Positions 40,037 to 49,740 are shown, counted from the stretch's first letter. The stretch is 64,000 nt of DNA from Patescibacteria group bacterium (GCA_041666325.1 JBAYHC010000002.1:51635-115634), one strand, 5' to 3'. The notes: a model not told the origin generated them from the letters alone. Translations and numbers: made by a program.

Positions 40037-41989
40037 ATGAATGACCTATTAGACAATTTAAATCCCCCTCAAAGAGAGGCCGTGCTCACAACCGAAGGCC
40101 CCGTGCTCGTCCTCGCCGGGGCTGGCTCAGGGAAAACCAAGGCCTTGACGCATCGAATTGCTTATTTGATTAAAGAAAAGCATGTTTCGACGTATAATCT
40201 TCTGGCTGTGACCTTTACTAACAAAGCGGCGGGGGAGATGGCAAGCCGCGTTAGTGATCTGTTGACCGGCCAATCTTATGGTGGTGAGATTGTGAGGCTG
40301 CCTTGGCTTGGGACCTTCCACTCTATCTGTGTTCGAATCCTTCGCCGGGAGTCGAACCACATTGGCTATGATCGCGGCTTTACTATCTATGATGACGGCG
40401 ACCAGCTCTCGATTATCAAGCGTATCATGAAAGATCTCAATATTGACCCCAAGCACTATGCGCCGCAAGCGATTCGTTCATTTATCTCAGGGGCAAAGAA
40501 CGAATTTATCAATGCCCAAGAGTACAAGAAATATAATAATTCTCCCTTCGAAGTCGTGACATCCAAGGTTTACGAGCGCTACGAGAAGTACTTGAGGGAG
40601 GTGAACGCGATGGATTTTGACGATCTCCTGGTGAATTGCGTCAGGCTCTTTGATGAAAATCCACAAGTGCTGGAGCGCTATCAGGATCAGTTCAAGTATA
40701 TTCTTGTCGATGAGTATCAGGACACCAACCATGTTCAGTATTTGTGGGTTAAGATGTTGGCGGCCAAGCATGGGAACATAATGGTGGTGGGGGACGATTC
40801 ACAGTCAATTTACGGCTGGCGTGGAGCCAATTTCCGCAACATCCTGAACTTCGAAAAGCACTATCCGTCTGCCCAAGTGATTAAATTGGAACAAAACTAT
40901 CGTTCTACCCAGGTTATCCTTGAGGCAGCCAACGAGGTAATTAGATACAATCGTCAGCGTACAGACAAGAAGCTCTGGACCAAGAATCAGCGCGGTTTAC
41001 CAATTTCGATCTATGAGGCGCTCAACGAGAAGGACGAATCTGAGTTCATTGCTCTCGAGATTGCGTCACTCGCCAGAACCAAGGGACAAGACGAAGAAAA
41101 AAAGTACTCTGACTTTGCCGTTCTTTATCGGACCAATGCTCAGTCCCGTGCTGTTGAAGAGGCCTTCTTGCGCTTCAATATTCCTTATCGAGTCGTTGGT
41201 GGTATGCGCTTTTACGAGCGCAAAGAAATTAAAGATATCGTTGCCTATCTGCGCGTAATTGCAAACCCGCGTGATTTTGAGGCTTTTGAGAGGGTTGTTG
41301 CGACTCCATCGCGGGGAATAGGCGAGAAAACACTCACTCAAATACGGCAGATTCCTAATTTTCAACTATCAGTCACCAATCAGACGCCGAATTTAGAATT
41401 TTCCATCCCTGGCAAGATTGTTGATTTTTTGGGTATCCTCGATGAAATGAGAGAGTATGCCAAGGATTCTGGCCTGCCTCAATTAATTGAACATATTGCT
41501 GTGAAGTCTGGTTACCGCCAGCATCTTCTGGATGGTACCCCGGAGGGCGAGGGAAGATGGGAAAACGTGATGGAACTGATGACTGTTGCCGAGTCGGTCC
41601 AGAAATCACGCGAGAGCGATGACACTGACAGCCATCTTTCTGATCTGGAGCGTTTTATTGAAAGAGTAATGTTGGCTCAGGACGTAGATGAATATGATAA
41701 GGATAACAATGTTGTAACGTTGATGACACTTCACTCCGCAAAGGGCCTCGAGTTTCGAGTTGTGTTTATTGTTGGCGTCGAGGAGGGACTTTTCCCTCAC
41801 ACTCGGGCATTGGCTGACGAGAGTGAGATGGAGGAGGAGCGCAGGCTTTGTTATGTTGGTATTACTCGTGCAAGGGAGCGGCTTTATCTTTTGTATGCCT
41901 CCGAACGCGTGATCTATGGTCGGTTCCAGTCTAATCCCAAATCTAGATTCATCGAGTGCTTGCCGGACAACCTTATTGACAAAGTATAG
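40037..41989 (+). CDS. pcrA: ATP-dependent DNA helicase PcrA/UvrD
   Basis: AGAGSGKT, TFTNKAA, VDEYQD, LEQNYRS, TLHSAKGLEF and YVGITRA motifs; no C-terminal Tudor-like domain. Confidence 0.95.
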   Translation: MNDLLDNLNPPQREAVLTTEGPVLVLAGAGSGKTKALTHRIAYLIKEKHVSTYNLLAVTFTNKAAGEMASRVSDLLTGQSYGGEIVRLPWLGTFHSICVRILRRESNHIGYDRGFTIYDDGDQLSIIKRIMKDLNIDPKHYAPQAIRSFISGAKNEFINAQEYKKYNNSPFEVVTSKVYERYEKYLREVNAMDFDDLLVNCVRLFDENPQVLERYQDQFKYILVDEYQDTNHVQYLWVKMLAAKHGNIMVVGDDSQSIYGWRGANFRNILNFEKHYPSAQVIKLEQNYRSTQVILEAANEVIRYNRQRTDKKLWTKNQRGLPISIYEALNEKDESEFIALEIASLARTKGQDEEKKYSDFAVLYRTNAQSRAVEEAFLRFNIPYRVVGGMRFYERKEIKDIVAYLRVIANPRDFEAFERVVATPSRGIGEKTLTQIRQIPNFQLSVTNQTPNLEFSIPGKIVDFLGILDEMREYAKDSGLPQLIEHIAVKSGYRQHLLDGTPEGEGRWENVMELMTVAESVQKSRESDDTDSHLSDLERFIERVMLAQDVDEYDKDNNVVTLMTLHSAKGLEFRVVFIVGVEEGLFPHTRALADESEMEEERRLCYVGITRARERLYLLYASERVIYGRFQSNPKSRFIECLPDNLIDKV

Positions 41990-42004
41990 GAAATAGTGTA
42001 TAAT
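41976..42004 (+). promoter_or_regulatory. Perfect consensus sigma70 promoter overlapping the pcrA stop
   Basis: TTGACA-17 nt-TATAAT. Confidence 0.7.
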
Positions 42005-42026
42005 AAAGAGGTTGTTTAAATCTATT

Positions 42027-42123
42027 TGTCGTTTCGAGCGAAGTCGAGAAATCTTATCTGCTGTACTAGCAAGATGCCAATGTTGGCGCAGAGCAAGATC
42101 TCTCCGTTTCAGTCGAGATGACA
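42027..42123. repeat. Paired REP-like element of a second family
   Basis: tgtcgtttcgagcgaagtcgagaaatct ... agatctctccgtttcagtcgagatgaca. Confidence 0.7.
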
Positions 42124-42136
42124 GGGGGGGAAAGCG

Positions 42137-42364
42137 ATGTACGCAGACGCCTGGGAGCGCATCTTCGGTCGATGGATTGATTCCATCGAAGAGGGCCGCT
42201 GCGATTCCGCGATCCTCTTCTTTGTCGGTTTCACCCTCTATATCCCTAGTTGTGCACTGGGGTTGGCGAGAGTGATTACGCTTGATTGGTGGCTGCCGCA
42301 ACTGCGGCAGCGCATAGAACGTAGGATACCCGCCGCACAGCGACGGGCGAGAGAACTGGCATAG
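42137..42364 (+). CDS. Small hypothetical protein with one hydrophobic segment
   Basis: G-rich RBS, own promoter and a terminator (gccccc-ttcc-ggggctttttt) right after the stop. Confidence 0.55.
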   Translation: MYADAWERIFGRWIDSIEEGRCDSAILFFVGFTLYIPSCALGLARVITLDWWLPQLRQRIERRIPAAQRRARELA

Positions 42365-42484
42365 CCCCCTTCCGGGGCTTTTTTGTTTGACTTGTTGGGT
42401 CTTAGCTCATATAGTCGCTTCGCTCCTTTAACGCCCTGTATCGATATCGCATTTCTTAAAATCTTGTTATAATGATTAGCGTAT

Positions 42485-43474
42485 ATGAACAACAAAATCA
42501 TCTTCGCGCTTGCCGGGGTAGCTATCTCGGCATCGTTGTACGCAAGGGTTTTCGCACAGAGTTCAACAATCGAAAAGGGAAGCTTATCTCACGAATACGC
42601 TAAGCCGTATTTAGTTGAGGTGATAAATCCTGACGGCACTAAGGAGCGTGAGATTAGCGGAAGAAGCAAGTCAGTCGTTCCTTTTTTGATTGCTAACGAG
42701 TTAGGATCTGAGCCTAATGAGAAGGATCACTTCTCTGCTTTTCCTGATATCCGACTCGGTATTGGTGCCAAAATCACACAGCACATTACGCCAAGCTATG
42801 TTGTGAGTGATGGCCGCAGGAAACTATTGATCCGGTCGTGGGCCGGAAGTGTGCGAGACCTTCTGACTGAGGGCAATATTGATCTGGGAGTAGAGGATAA
42901 AATCAATTTTTCCCTAGACACTCCGCTCACTCTGGACATGTCTATCGTAATTATTCGCGTAGCCCGGACAACAGTTGTTGAGAGCGAGCCAATTGATTTC
43001 AAGACGGTAAAAAAGGACGACCCAACTATAGACAAAGGCCAAACTAGGGTTGAACAGAAAGGCCAAAAGGGCCAAAAGAAACGTTATTTTGAGGTCGTAC
43101 GTGAAGACGGTGAAGAGATTTCAAAAACGCTCAAGAGAACAGAAGTTACGTCAGAACCTATTAGTGAAATTATTCTTGTTGGTACCAAGCCCGTTATTAC
43201 TGTTAGGTGCAAGCATAACGACACTGTGATTGCGGCATCAGCCAAATACAACTATGACCCAAATGCGCTTTGCAGTTTGATGATGAAGGAGAGCAATGGT
43301 AATCCAAATTCGATTGCCAGCGCCGGGTACAAAGGGCTGTTCCAGTACGAGGATGGTTTCTGGCGTGATGCTTCCAAGAAGGCTGGTTATGCTGGCGCCA
43401 GCGTTTTTGATCCAACGGCTCAAATTTATACAACAGCCTGGGCGTTCACTCATGGGTATGCGGGGAGATGGTAG
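42485..43474 (+). CDS. RpfB/YabE-like protein: signal peptide, DUF348-like, G5 and lysozyme-like transglycosylase domain
   Basis: G5 pattern (V.QKG..G.K..EIILVGTK); MMKES.GNP..YKGLFQY..W; lies upstream of rsmA. Confidence 0.8.
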   Translation: MNNKIIFALAGVAISASLYARVFAQSSTIEKGSLSHEYAKPYLVEVINPDGTKEREISGRSKSVVPFLIANELGSEPNEKDHFSAFPDIRLGIGAKITQHITPSYVVSDGRRKLLIRSWAGSVRDLLTEGNIDLGVEDKINFSLDTPLTLDMSIVIIRVARTTVVESEPIDFKTVKKDDPTIDKGQTRVEQKGQKGQKKRYFEVVREDGEEISKTLKRTEVTSEPISEIILVGTKPVITVRCKHNDTVIAASAKYNYDPNALCSLMMKESNGNPNSIASAGYKGLFQYEDGFWRDASKKAGYAGASVFDPTAQIYTTAWAFTHGYAGRW

Positions 43475-43495
43475 TTGCCAAATCCGAATTTCAAA

Positions 43496-43723
43496 ATGCA
43501 AAACAACAATGAAAAATCCAAAAAGAGTGCAGCTATCTCAAATGGGATTTATCGCCATTACAAAGGCGGAACTTATAGGGTTATTGGCCAGGCCAAACAC
43601 TCCGAAACACTCGAGGACATGGTCATATATGAGGCGCTCTATGACAATGATCTGTCGAGGTTTTGGGCAAGGTCGCTAGATGAATTTGTTGGCGATGTTG
43701 AGTGGGGTGGGAAAAGAGTGTAG
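43496..43723 (+). CDS. DUF1653-family protein, apparently truncated by TAG
   Basis: GIYRHYKG.Y.V...AKHSETLE.MV.Y.ALY..W.R...F; the expected terminal RF follows the stop in frame. Confidence 0.8.
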   Translation: MQNNNEKSKKSAAISNGIYRHYKGGTYRVIGQAKHSETLEDMVIYEALYDNDLSRFWARSLDEFVGDVEWGGKRV

Positions 43724-43760
43724 AGATTTACATTTATCAACGGATCGTGAACTAAGAATT

Positions 43761-44609
43761 ATGACTCAAGATTCAATTGACCTGACTGACCGTCAGCAAC
43801 TAATACAATACTTGCAAAGGCATCGTCTCTATACTAAGAAGGGCTTGGGGCAGAATTTTTTGGTTGATAGAATAGCCCTGGAGAAGATTGTTGGTTCGGC
43901 TGAGTTGAAACCCGAAGATTGTGTGGTTGAGGTTGGGCCGGGTCTGGGCACTATGACAGAGGAGCTAGTTGCCAGAGCCAAAAAGGTAGTAGCCATTGAG
44001 TTGGACAGGGTGCTAGCCTCGTTGTTGGCAGACAGGTTGGGCGACAGAGCAGAGATAGTGAACGCTGATATCTTGAGAATAAATCTTGCAAAAACGATCG
44101 GGGCTTGCTCTGGCTACAAAGTTGTAGCCAATATCCCATACTACATTACCTCCAGGATTTTGCGCTTCTTTTTGGAGGCAAGCGAGAAACCGTCCCTGAT
44201 AGTTCTGCTGACCCAGAAGGAAGTGGCAGAGCAAATTACAGCAAAACCAGGGGACATGTCATTGTTGTCCGTATCTGTTCAGGCTTATGGTGATCCTGAA
44301 ATAGTTGATTTAGTTGGAGCCAGTTCTTTCTTTCCGGTGCCCAAGGTAAATTCGGCAATTCTCAGAGTGAGGAATATCGGTTGGAAAATCGAAAACCTGG
44401 GCGAGAAAGAGTTTTTTAGATCGGTTCGAATCGGTTTCTCCTCTCGGAGAAAAACACTACTTAATAACTTATCCGCAGGCTACCAATTCAATAAGGTGAA
44501 AACGCTTGGTATACTGGAAAAAGTAGGCCTGACGGATAAGACTCGTGCGCAGGAACTATCGGTGCAGAAGTGGCAGGAGCTTTGTAGCCAATTGAATAGT
44601 GAATTATGA
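43761..44609 (+). CDS. rsmA: 16S rRNA adenine dimethyltransferase
   Basis: KKGLGQNFL, EVGPGLG, ANIPYYIT, QKEVA, F.PVPKVNS and RRKTL motifs. Confidence 0.96.
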   Translation: MTQDSIDLTDRQQLIQYLQRHRLYTKKGLGQNFLVDRIALEKIVGSAELKPEDCVVEVGPGLGTMTEELVARAKKVVAIELDRVLASLLADRLGDRAEIVNADILRINLAKTIGACSGYKVVANIPYYITSRILRFFLEASEKPSLIVLLTQKEVAEQITAKPGDMSLLSVSVQAYGDPEIVDLVGASSFFPVPKVNSAILRVRNIGWKIENLGEKEFFRSVRIGFSSRRKTLLNNLSAGYQFNKVKTLGILEKVGLTDKTRAQELSVQKWQELCSQLNSEL

Positions 44610-44677
44610 AATGAGCGCTATGTCTGTAGGCACAGCTCTTAATTCATAACTCTTAATTCATTCAGGATGAGGGGAAT

Positions 44678-46144
44678 ATGACTGTCGTGACCAAGGGTGT
44701 TAGTGCTGAAGCGGTAAGCACTAAGGGGAAGCTCTTCACTATCTCGGAATTTCGCCACGAACTGGGCATTCCGCTGGTTTTGGCTAGAAAGCTTTTGGTT
44801 TGGGGTTTGGTTGAGGGTTATCTTGCCGTTGACGGCACAATTCGAATTACTGAAGAAGAGTTAGCGAAGGCCAGGGAGATATTAAAGAACCCATGGCGCA
44901 AACTGGCTCTGTTTGTAAAGTCGCTTGGTCCTGGGTTAGTGACTGGCGCTTCAGATGATGACCCGGGTGGAATCGGCACGTACTCTTCTGTTGGTGCGGC
45001 CTATGGATTTTCTCTTTTGTGGATGGCTGTCTATTTGTTGCCATTGATGCTGGCAGTTCAGGAGAGCTGTGCTCGTATCGGAATCGTTACCAACCGGGGT
45101 TTGGCTGGTGTGTTGCAGCGCCACTATCGGCGTAACGTGGTAGCAATGGCGGTTATTCTTCTCATTGTCGCCAACGTTGTTAACATTGGCGCCGATCTTG
45201 GCGCTATGGCTGCATCGTTAAAACTGATCTTAAATGTTGACTATGCTCTTGCTGCAGTCATTTTTACAATTATCATAGCGGCTATTGTTATTGCTGTGCC
45301 GTACCATATTTATGCCAAGCTACTTAAGTGGCTAACTCTCTCTGTTTTTGCTTATGTTATAACCGGCATTATTATTCATCCTGACTGGATCACGATCTTG
45401 AGGGAGGCGTTCATTCCACGGGTTACTTTTGAGAAGGAATATCTCTTTGCTATGATTGCCGTATTTGGCACAACGATAACGCCATATCTTTTCTTTTGGC
45501 AAACCTCGGAGGAAGTAGAGGAGGGCAAGATTGAAGTGAAAGAATCAAAGAAACTATCGCTCCATCATCGCATTGGCCGCATGCGAACTGATGTGCGAAC
45601 AGGGATGGCGTTGGCAAATTTGGTTTTCTTTTTTATAATTCTCAGCACGGCGAGTGTGCTCAATGCGAATGGTGTCACCAGCATTAACTCAGCTGAACAA
45701 GCGGCTGAAGCATTGCGGCCATTTGCTGGCGATTACGCATTTTTGCTCTTTGCTTTTGGAATAATTGGTACGGGATTGTTGGCGGTGCCCATATTGGCTG
45801 GGTCGGGTGCCTATGCTCTTTCTGAGGTGATGAAGTGGCGAGAGGGTTTGGAGTACAAATTCTCGCAAGCCAAAGGTTTTTATCTGATTATTGCTTTTTC
45901 GCTTGTTGTTGGACTGTCGCTTAACTTTGTCGGTATCAATCCCATTACCGCTCTTTATTATTCTGCTTTTCTAAATGGTATTATTGCCCTACCACTGCTT
46001 GTTGCTATAATGATCGTTGGCGATGATGAAAGAATCATGGGCAGAGAGACCCATCCTGGGTGGGTTAAGCTCTTTGGTTGGTTGGCTGTTGCTTTCATGG
46101 CGGTAGCAGTAGTTTTGGCCTTGTGGCTTAATTTTGTTAAGTAA
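44678..46144 (+). CDS. NRAMP-family divalent metal transporter with N-terminal HTH-like extension
   Basis: LGPGLVTGASDDDPGGIGTYS and GTTITPY motifs; first ~70 aa resemble a MerR/excisionase HTH. Confidence 0.85.
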   Translation: MTVVTKGVSAEAVSTKGKLFTISEFRHELGIPLVLARKLLVWGLVEGYLAVDGTIRITEEELAKAREILKNPWRKLALFVKSLGPGLVTGASDDDPGGIGTYSSVGAAYGFSLLWMAVYLLPLMLAVQESCARIGIVTNRGLAGVLQRHYRRNVVAMAVILLIVANVVNIGADLGAMAASLKLILNVDYALAAVIFTIIIAAIVIAVPYHIYAKLLKWLTLSVFAYVITGIIIHPDWITILREAFIPRVTFEKEYLFAMIAVFGTTITPYLFFWQTSEEVEEGKIEVKESKKLSLHHRIGRMRTDVRTGMALANLVFFFIILSTASVLNANGVTSINSAEQAAEALRPFAGDYAFLLFAFGIIGTGLLAVPILAGSGAYALSEVMKWREGLEYKFSQAKGFYLIIAFSLVVGLSLNFVGINPITALYYSAFLNGIIALPLLVAIMIVGDDERIMGRETHPGWVKLFGWLAVAFMAVAVVLALWLNFVK

Positions 46145-46170
46145 TGTCGAGAGTTAGAAAGGAATCTTCT

Positions 46171-46653
46171 ATGTATAAAACAATCACGGCGGTTATTTAT
46201 ACCATTCTTGTTGGCGGACTTGTTGCATTGTTTGTTGGGTTTGGTATCCAGGCGTTCTACCCTAGTCCGAAATTTCCTGAATACCCCCACGAGCTAGAGT
46301 TTGCCAAGGGCGACCCGAGCGAGTACACCGACGCACAAAAAGTGGTCAAGGATGAGTACGACAAGAAGAGTGACGATTACAAAAACAAGCAGAAAGAGTG
46401 GTCGAAAAACGCTTCCGTTATTGCCATAAGTGCCGGACTTATCCTTCTGATTGTGAGCCTGACTGTTTTGCAGCCAGTGCCATTGATTTCGAACGGTTTT
46501 TTGCTTGGTAGCGGTTTTACTTTGATCTATGGGACGGGAACAAGCTTTATGAGTGAAGATAGCAAGTTTCAATTTGCAATGATTGCCGTTACTCTTGTTG
46601 TTGCTATCGTATTGGGATATCTAAAATTTGTTAAGCCGGAAAAGGTGAAGTAG
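46171..46653 (+). CDS. Hypothetical membrane protein (4 TM)
   Basis: Hydrophobic segments; AGGA RBS. Confidence 0.75.
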   Translation: MYKTITAVIYTILVGGLVALFVGFGIQAFYPSPKFPEYPHELEFAKGDPSEYTDAQKVVKDEYDKKSDDYKNKQKEWSKNASVIAISAGLILLIVSLTVLQPVPLISNGFLLGSGFTLIYGTGTSFMSEDSKFQFAMIAVTLVVAIVLGYLKFVKPEKVK

Positions 46654-46656
46654 AAG

Positions 46657-47364
46657 ATGGATAAGCACGGAATACTGTACATCATTGCAACTCCGATCGG
46701 TAATCTCGAAGATATGACCTTCCGAGCGATTCGGATATTGAAAGAAGTCGATCTAATTGCTTGCGAGGACACTCGTGTTACCAGGACTTTGCTCGATCAT
46801 TATGAGATCAAGACACCGACTGTCTCATACTTCGCTCACTCAAAGTTATCAAAGATAGACTATCTGATCGGACAGCTGGAAGCGGGGAAGTCAATTGCGC
46901 TAGTTTCCGACGCAGGCACGCCGGGAATTTCTGATCCAGGGGAATATCTGATTCGGAGAATCAGGGAAATCCGAAATTCTAAATCCGAAATCCTAAATAT
47001 ATCCCAAACACCAATAGTTCCTATTCCCGGTCCGTCGGCGTTGACGGCGGCGGCATCGGTTAGTGGCATGATTGATAAGGAGTTTTATTTCGCTGGTTTT
47101 CTGCCCAAGAAAAAGGGTCGCCAGACGGAACTAAAAATGTTGTCATCACTCAGCAGTCCCGTCGTAATCTATGAATCAGCTGTTAGGATTGAGCGAACGC
47201 TTCGCGATATTGAGGCGTATTTTGGCGACAAGACACAGGTTTTCATTGCACGGGAGATAACTAAGATGTTCGAGGAGTATTGGGGCGGCAACATTAAAGT
47301 TGTTATCACCGATCTTTCAATCCACAAGCTAAAGGGTGAGATTGTACTGATTGTTAAGAAATAA
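46657..47364 (+). CDS. rsmI: 16S rRNA C1402 2'-O-methyltransferase
   Basis: ATPIGNLED, ACEDTR, VSDAGTPGISDPG, IPGPSA and REITKMFEE motifs. Confidence 0.96.
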   Translation: MDKHGILYIIATPIGNLEDMTFRAIRILKEVDLIACEDTRVTRTLLDHYEIKTPTVSYFAHSKLSKIDYLIGQLEAGKSIALVSDAGTPGISDPGEYLIRRIREIRNSKSEILNISQTPIVPIPGPSALTAAASVSGMIDKEFYFAGFLPKKKGRQTELKMLSSLSSPVVIYESAVRIERTLRDIEAYFGDKTQVFIAREITKMFEEYWGGNIKVVITDLSIHKLKGEIVLIVKK

Positions 47365-47384
47365 TAACATGGGGGCAATATAAT

Positions 47385-47879
47385 ATGTCTGATGGAGAAC
47401 ATTATCTTCACGAGGTTGCCATCACGGCCATCGTTGTGAAGGAGGACAAATACCTGATCACGCGCAGATCTCCGAACAAAAAGCGGTTTCCTGGTAAGTG
47501 GGCTGTCCCTGGCGGCAAATTGGAGGCCAAGGATTATTTGGAATTGCCTAAGGATACTGAGTTTTATTGGTACAACGTTTTGGAACGCACCTTGGCGCGC
47601 GAGGTCAAGGAAGAAGTTGGGCTAGATATTGAAAACGTTAAGTATGTCACGAGCCTTGCCACGGTTCATGCTGACGGGAATCCATCGATCGTTATTTCCT
47701 GCATGGCTGACTATGTCGGCGGAGAAGTAGTGTTGCAGGCAGAAGAGTTGGACCAATTTGCTTGGGTTGATCTGGAGGAGGCGAAAAAATATGATTTGCT
47801 AGATGGTATTCATGAAGAGCTGGTTATGACAGAAAAGCTGAGAGTTGGCCAAAAGGCCGAGTGGCAGAGACTTAACTAA
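47385..47879 (+). CDS. Nudix hydrolase
   Basis: WAVPGGKLE...REVKEEVGL Nudix box with an insertion. Confidence 0.9.
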   Translation: MSDGEHYLHEVAITAIVVKEDKYLITRRSPNKKRFPGKWAVPGGKLEAKDYLELPKDTEFYWYNVLERTLAREVKEEVGLDIENVKYVTSLATVHADGNPSIVISCMADYVGGEVVLQAEELDQFAWVDLEEAKKYDLLDGIHEELVMTEKLRVGQKAEWQRLN

Positions 47880-47902
47880 ACTAATATTTCGGGTGGAGGA
47901 AC

Positions 47903-48523
47903 ATGGTTACAGATATTATTGATATTCTGGCAAACTTCGTCGTCAGCACGATAGACATGATTGGGTATGGCGGAATCTTTATTCTGATGCTGGTTGAGTC
48001 TGCGGGGATACCCATGCCATCTGAGGTTATTATGCCGTTCTCCGGTTTTCTGGTGGCTGATGGCAAGATGGGATTCTGGGCGGTGACGTTACTTGGAACT
48101 GTCGGTAATCTTGTCGGATCACTGCTTGCTTATTGGATTGGCGCCAAGGGTGGCAGGCCGCTGATCGAAAAGTACGGCAAATATATTTTGATCTCAAAAC
48201 ACGATCTAGATTTAGCTGATCGGTGGTTTAGGGATTACGGCAGTGCGACCACCTTCTTTGGCCGCGTCCTGCCAATCGTTCGCACCTATATCTCTTTTCC
48301 GGCCGGTATCGCCGGAATGAATATTTGGAAGTTTTCTTTCTACACCTTCCTGGGCGCGTTGCCCTGGTGCGCGGCCTTGACATATGCCGGCATCAAGATG
48401 GGCAACAACTGGGAGCTGATTCGGGAAAAGTTACATAATTTTGATCTCGCCATCGGTATTACAATCGTTGCGTGCATCGTTCTCTATGTTTGGCGTCACA
48501 TCAAGCACACTAGAGCAGCCTAG
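47903..48523 (+). CDS. DedA-family membrane protein
   Basis: ESAGIPMPSE, FFGRVLPIVRTYISFPAG motifs. Confidence 0.93.
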   Translation: MVTDIIDILANFVVSTIDMIGYGGIFILMLVESAGIPMPSEVIMPFSGFLVADGKMGFWAVTLLGTVGNLVGSLLAYWIGAKGGRPLIEKYGKYILISKHDLDLADRWFRDYGSATTFFGRVLPIVRTYISFPAGIAGMNIWKFSFYTFLGALPWCAALTYAGIKMGNNWELIREKLHNFDLAIGITIVACIVLYVWRHIKHTRAA

Positions 48524-48549
48524 ATAACGAAAACCCTGCCGCAAGGCGG

Positions 48550-48825
48550 TCAGGGCCGGTGAGAGAACCAGAAGTTCTGAATGCCTGCAATGTAGGCAGT
48601 TGTGTAAAAAACGCAAGCGATCAAGATTCCCCACTGTTTATGCTTAATGGTGGTATAGAACCAGAATGGCTGAGCGGCAAGACCAACAATCGGGCCATAC
48701 TTGTTTTGCTGTCCCAAGAGGAAAACGGAGCTTGCTCCCATCACCATGATGGCAAGCTGAGAAACATTGTCGAATGTAAGCTTTGGCAACCGTAGCCGTC
48801 TCTTTGACTTGTCCAGTCTGGCCAC
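48550..48825 (-). CDS. Small membrane protein (3 TM)
   Basis: AGGAGG overlapping a GTG start; G.I.GL..QPFW....QWG pattern. Confidence 0.6.
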   Translation of the reverse strand: MARLDKSKRRLRLPKLTFDNVSQLAIMVMGASSVFLLGQQNKYGPIVGLAAQPFWFYTTIKHKQWGILIACVFYTTAYIAGIQNFWFSHRP

Positions 48826-48948
48826 CTCCTTGTTTTGTCGATCAGTTGCCGGCTAATAATACAAGAAGACATTCACTAAGTCAATTCACTCTGGAGCAAT
48901 ACTTCCTCTTATGTTAAATTCATGATAGGTAATTAATTTTGGACTAAT

Positions 48949-49740
48949 ATGAACAATCTTCGCAAACAAGCGGATGATCATCGCAATAGCGGTCGGGTTA
49001 CAGAGGCGGTGAGGCTTTATGAACAAATCTACGCTACGGAGGATAGTGCTAGCAACTGGCAGTCTGCCGGCGAGGCTCTACAGATGATCGGAGTGAGCTA
49101 TAAGATCAATAACGACACTAAAAATGCTTTGAAATACCTCAAAAGAGCAGTCGACTATTACAAGCGTCATGATATTGAGGTAGGCATAGCCAATGCTCTT
49201 CGCGATATCGGCATAACTTACGAATACATAAACAGGCTAACTTTAGCTGAAGAAAACTTAAGAAAGAGTTTGCTCATCTCAAAAAGAATCAGTGATGACG
49301 AGTCTTGGGGAATTACCCTTGCCAAAATAGGGTTCGTGGAAACGCGCCAGAAAAAATACCGACAGGCAGAAAAGAATCTGAGTGAGGCAGTAATAATCTT
49401 GAAAGGGTCTGGGCGGAACTGGTTCTATACTGCTACGGCCTTGGGTCACTTGGCAAATTTATATATCGAGATTAAGCATTTCGACAGGGCGATCGAGATA
49501 TTAAATGAGTCACTGAAAATGTTTGATGATCATGGCAATGAGGCTCAAACACGCCGCTATGCTCAGGGTTGGGGTCTTTTGGCTTTTGCCTATGCAAATT
49601 TGGGGCAGATTGATAAGGCGAAGGATTTCTTGCATAAATCTCTGCACATTGTCCTGTCGTCCGACTTTTCTCAGAGCGCAGCCGCAGTAGTTCTACGTGA
49701 TATTCGGGCAGATAAGACAATTACTAAACTAATGAAATGA
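48949..49740 (+). CDS. Tetratricopeptide repeat protein
   Basis: Repeated A.AL..IG..Y.....A...L..AL helical units. Confidence 0.85.
   Translation: MNNLRKQADDHRNSGRVTEAVRLYEQIYATEDSASNWQSAGEALQMIGVSYKINNDTKNALKYLKRAVDYYKRHDIEVGIANALRDIGITYEYINRLTLAEENLRKSLLISKRISDDESWGITLAKIGFVETRQKKYRQAEKNLSEAVIILKGSGRNWFYTATALGHLANLYIEIKHFDRAIEILNESLKMFDDHGNEAQTRRYAQGWGLLAFAYANLGQIDKAKDFLHKSLHIVLSSDFSQSAAAVVLRDIRADKTITKLMK

Noticed and set aside
41606-42301. 231-aa minus-strand ORF
   Set aside because: Overlaps the pcrA 3' end antisense and crosses a repeat; no motif or RBS support
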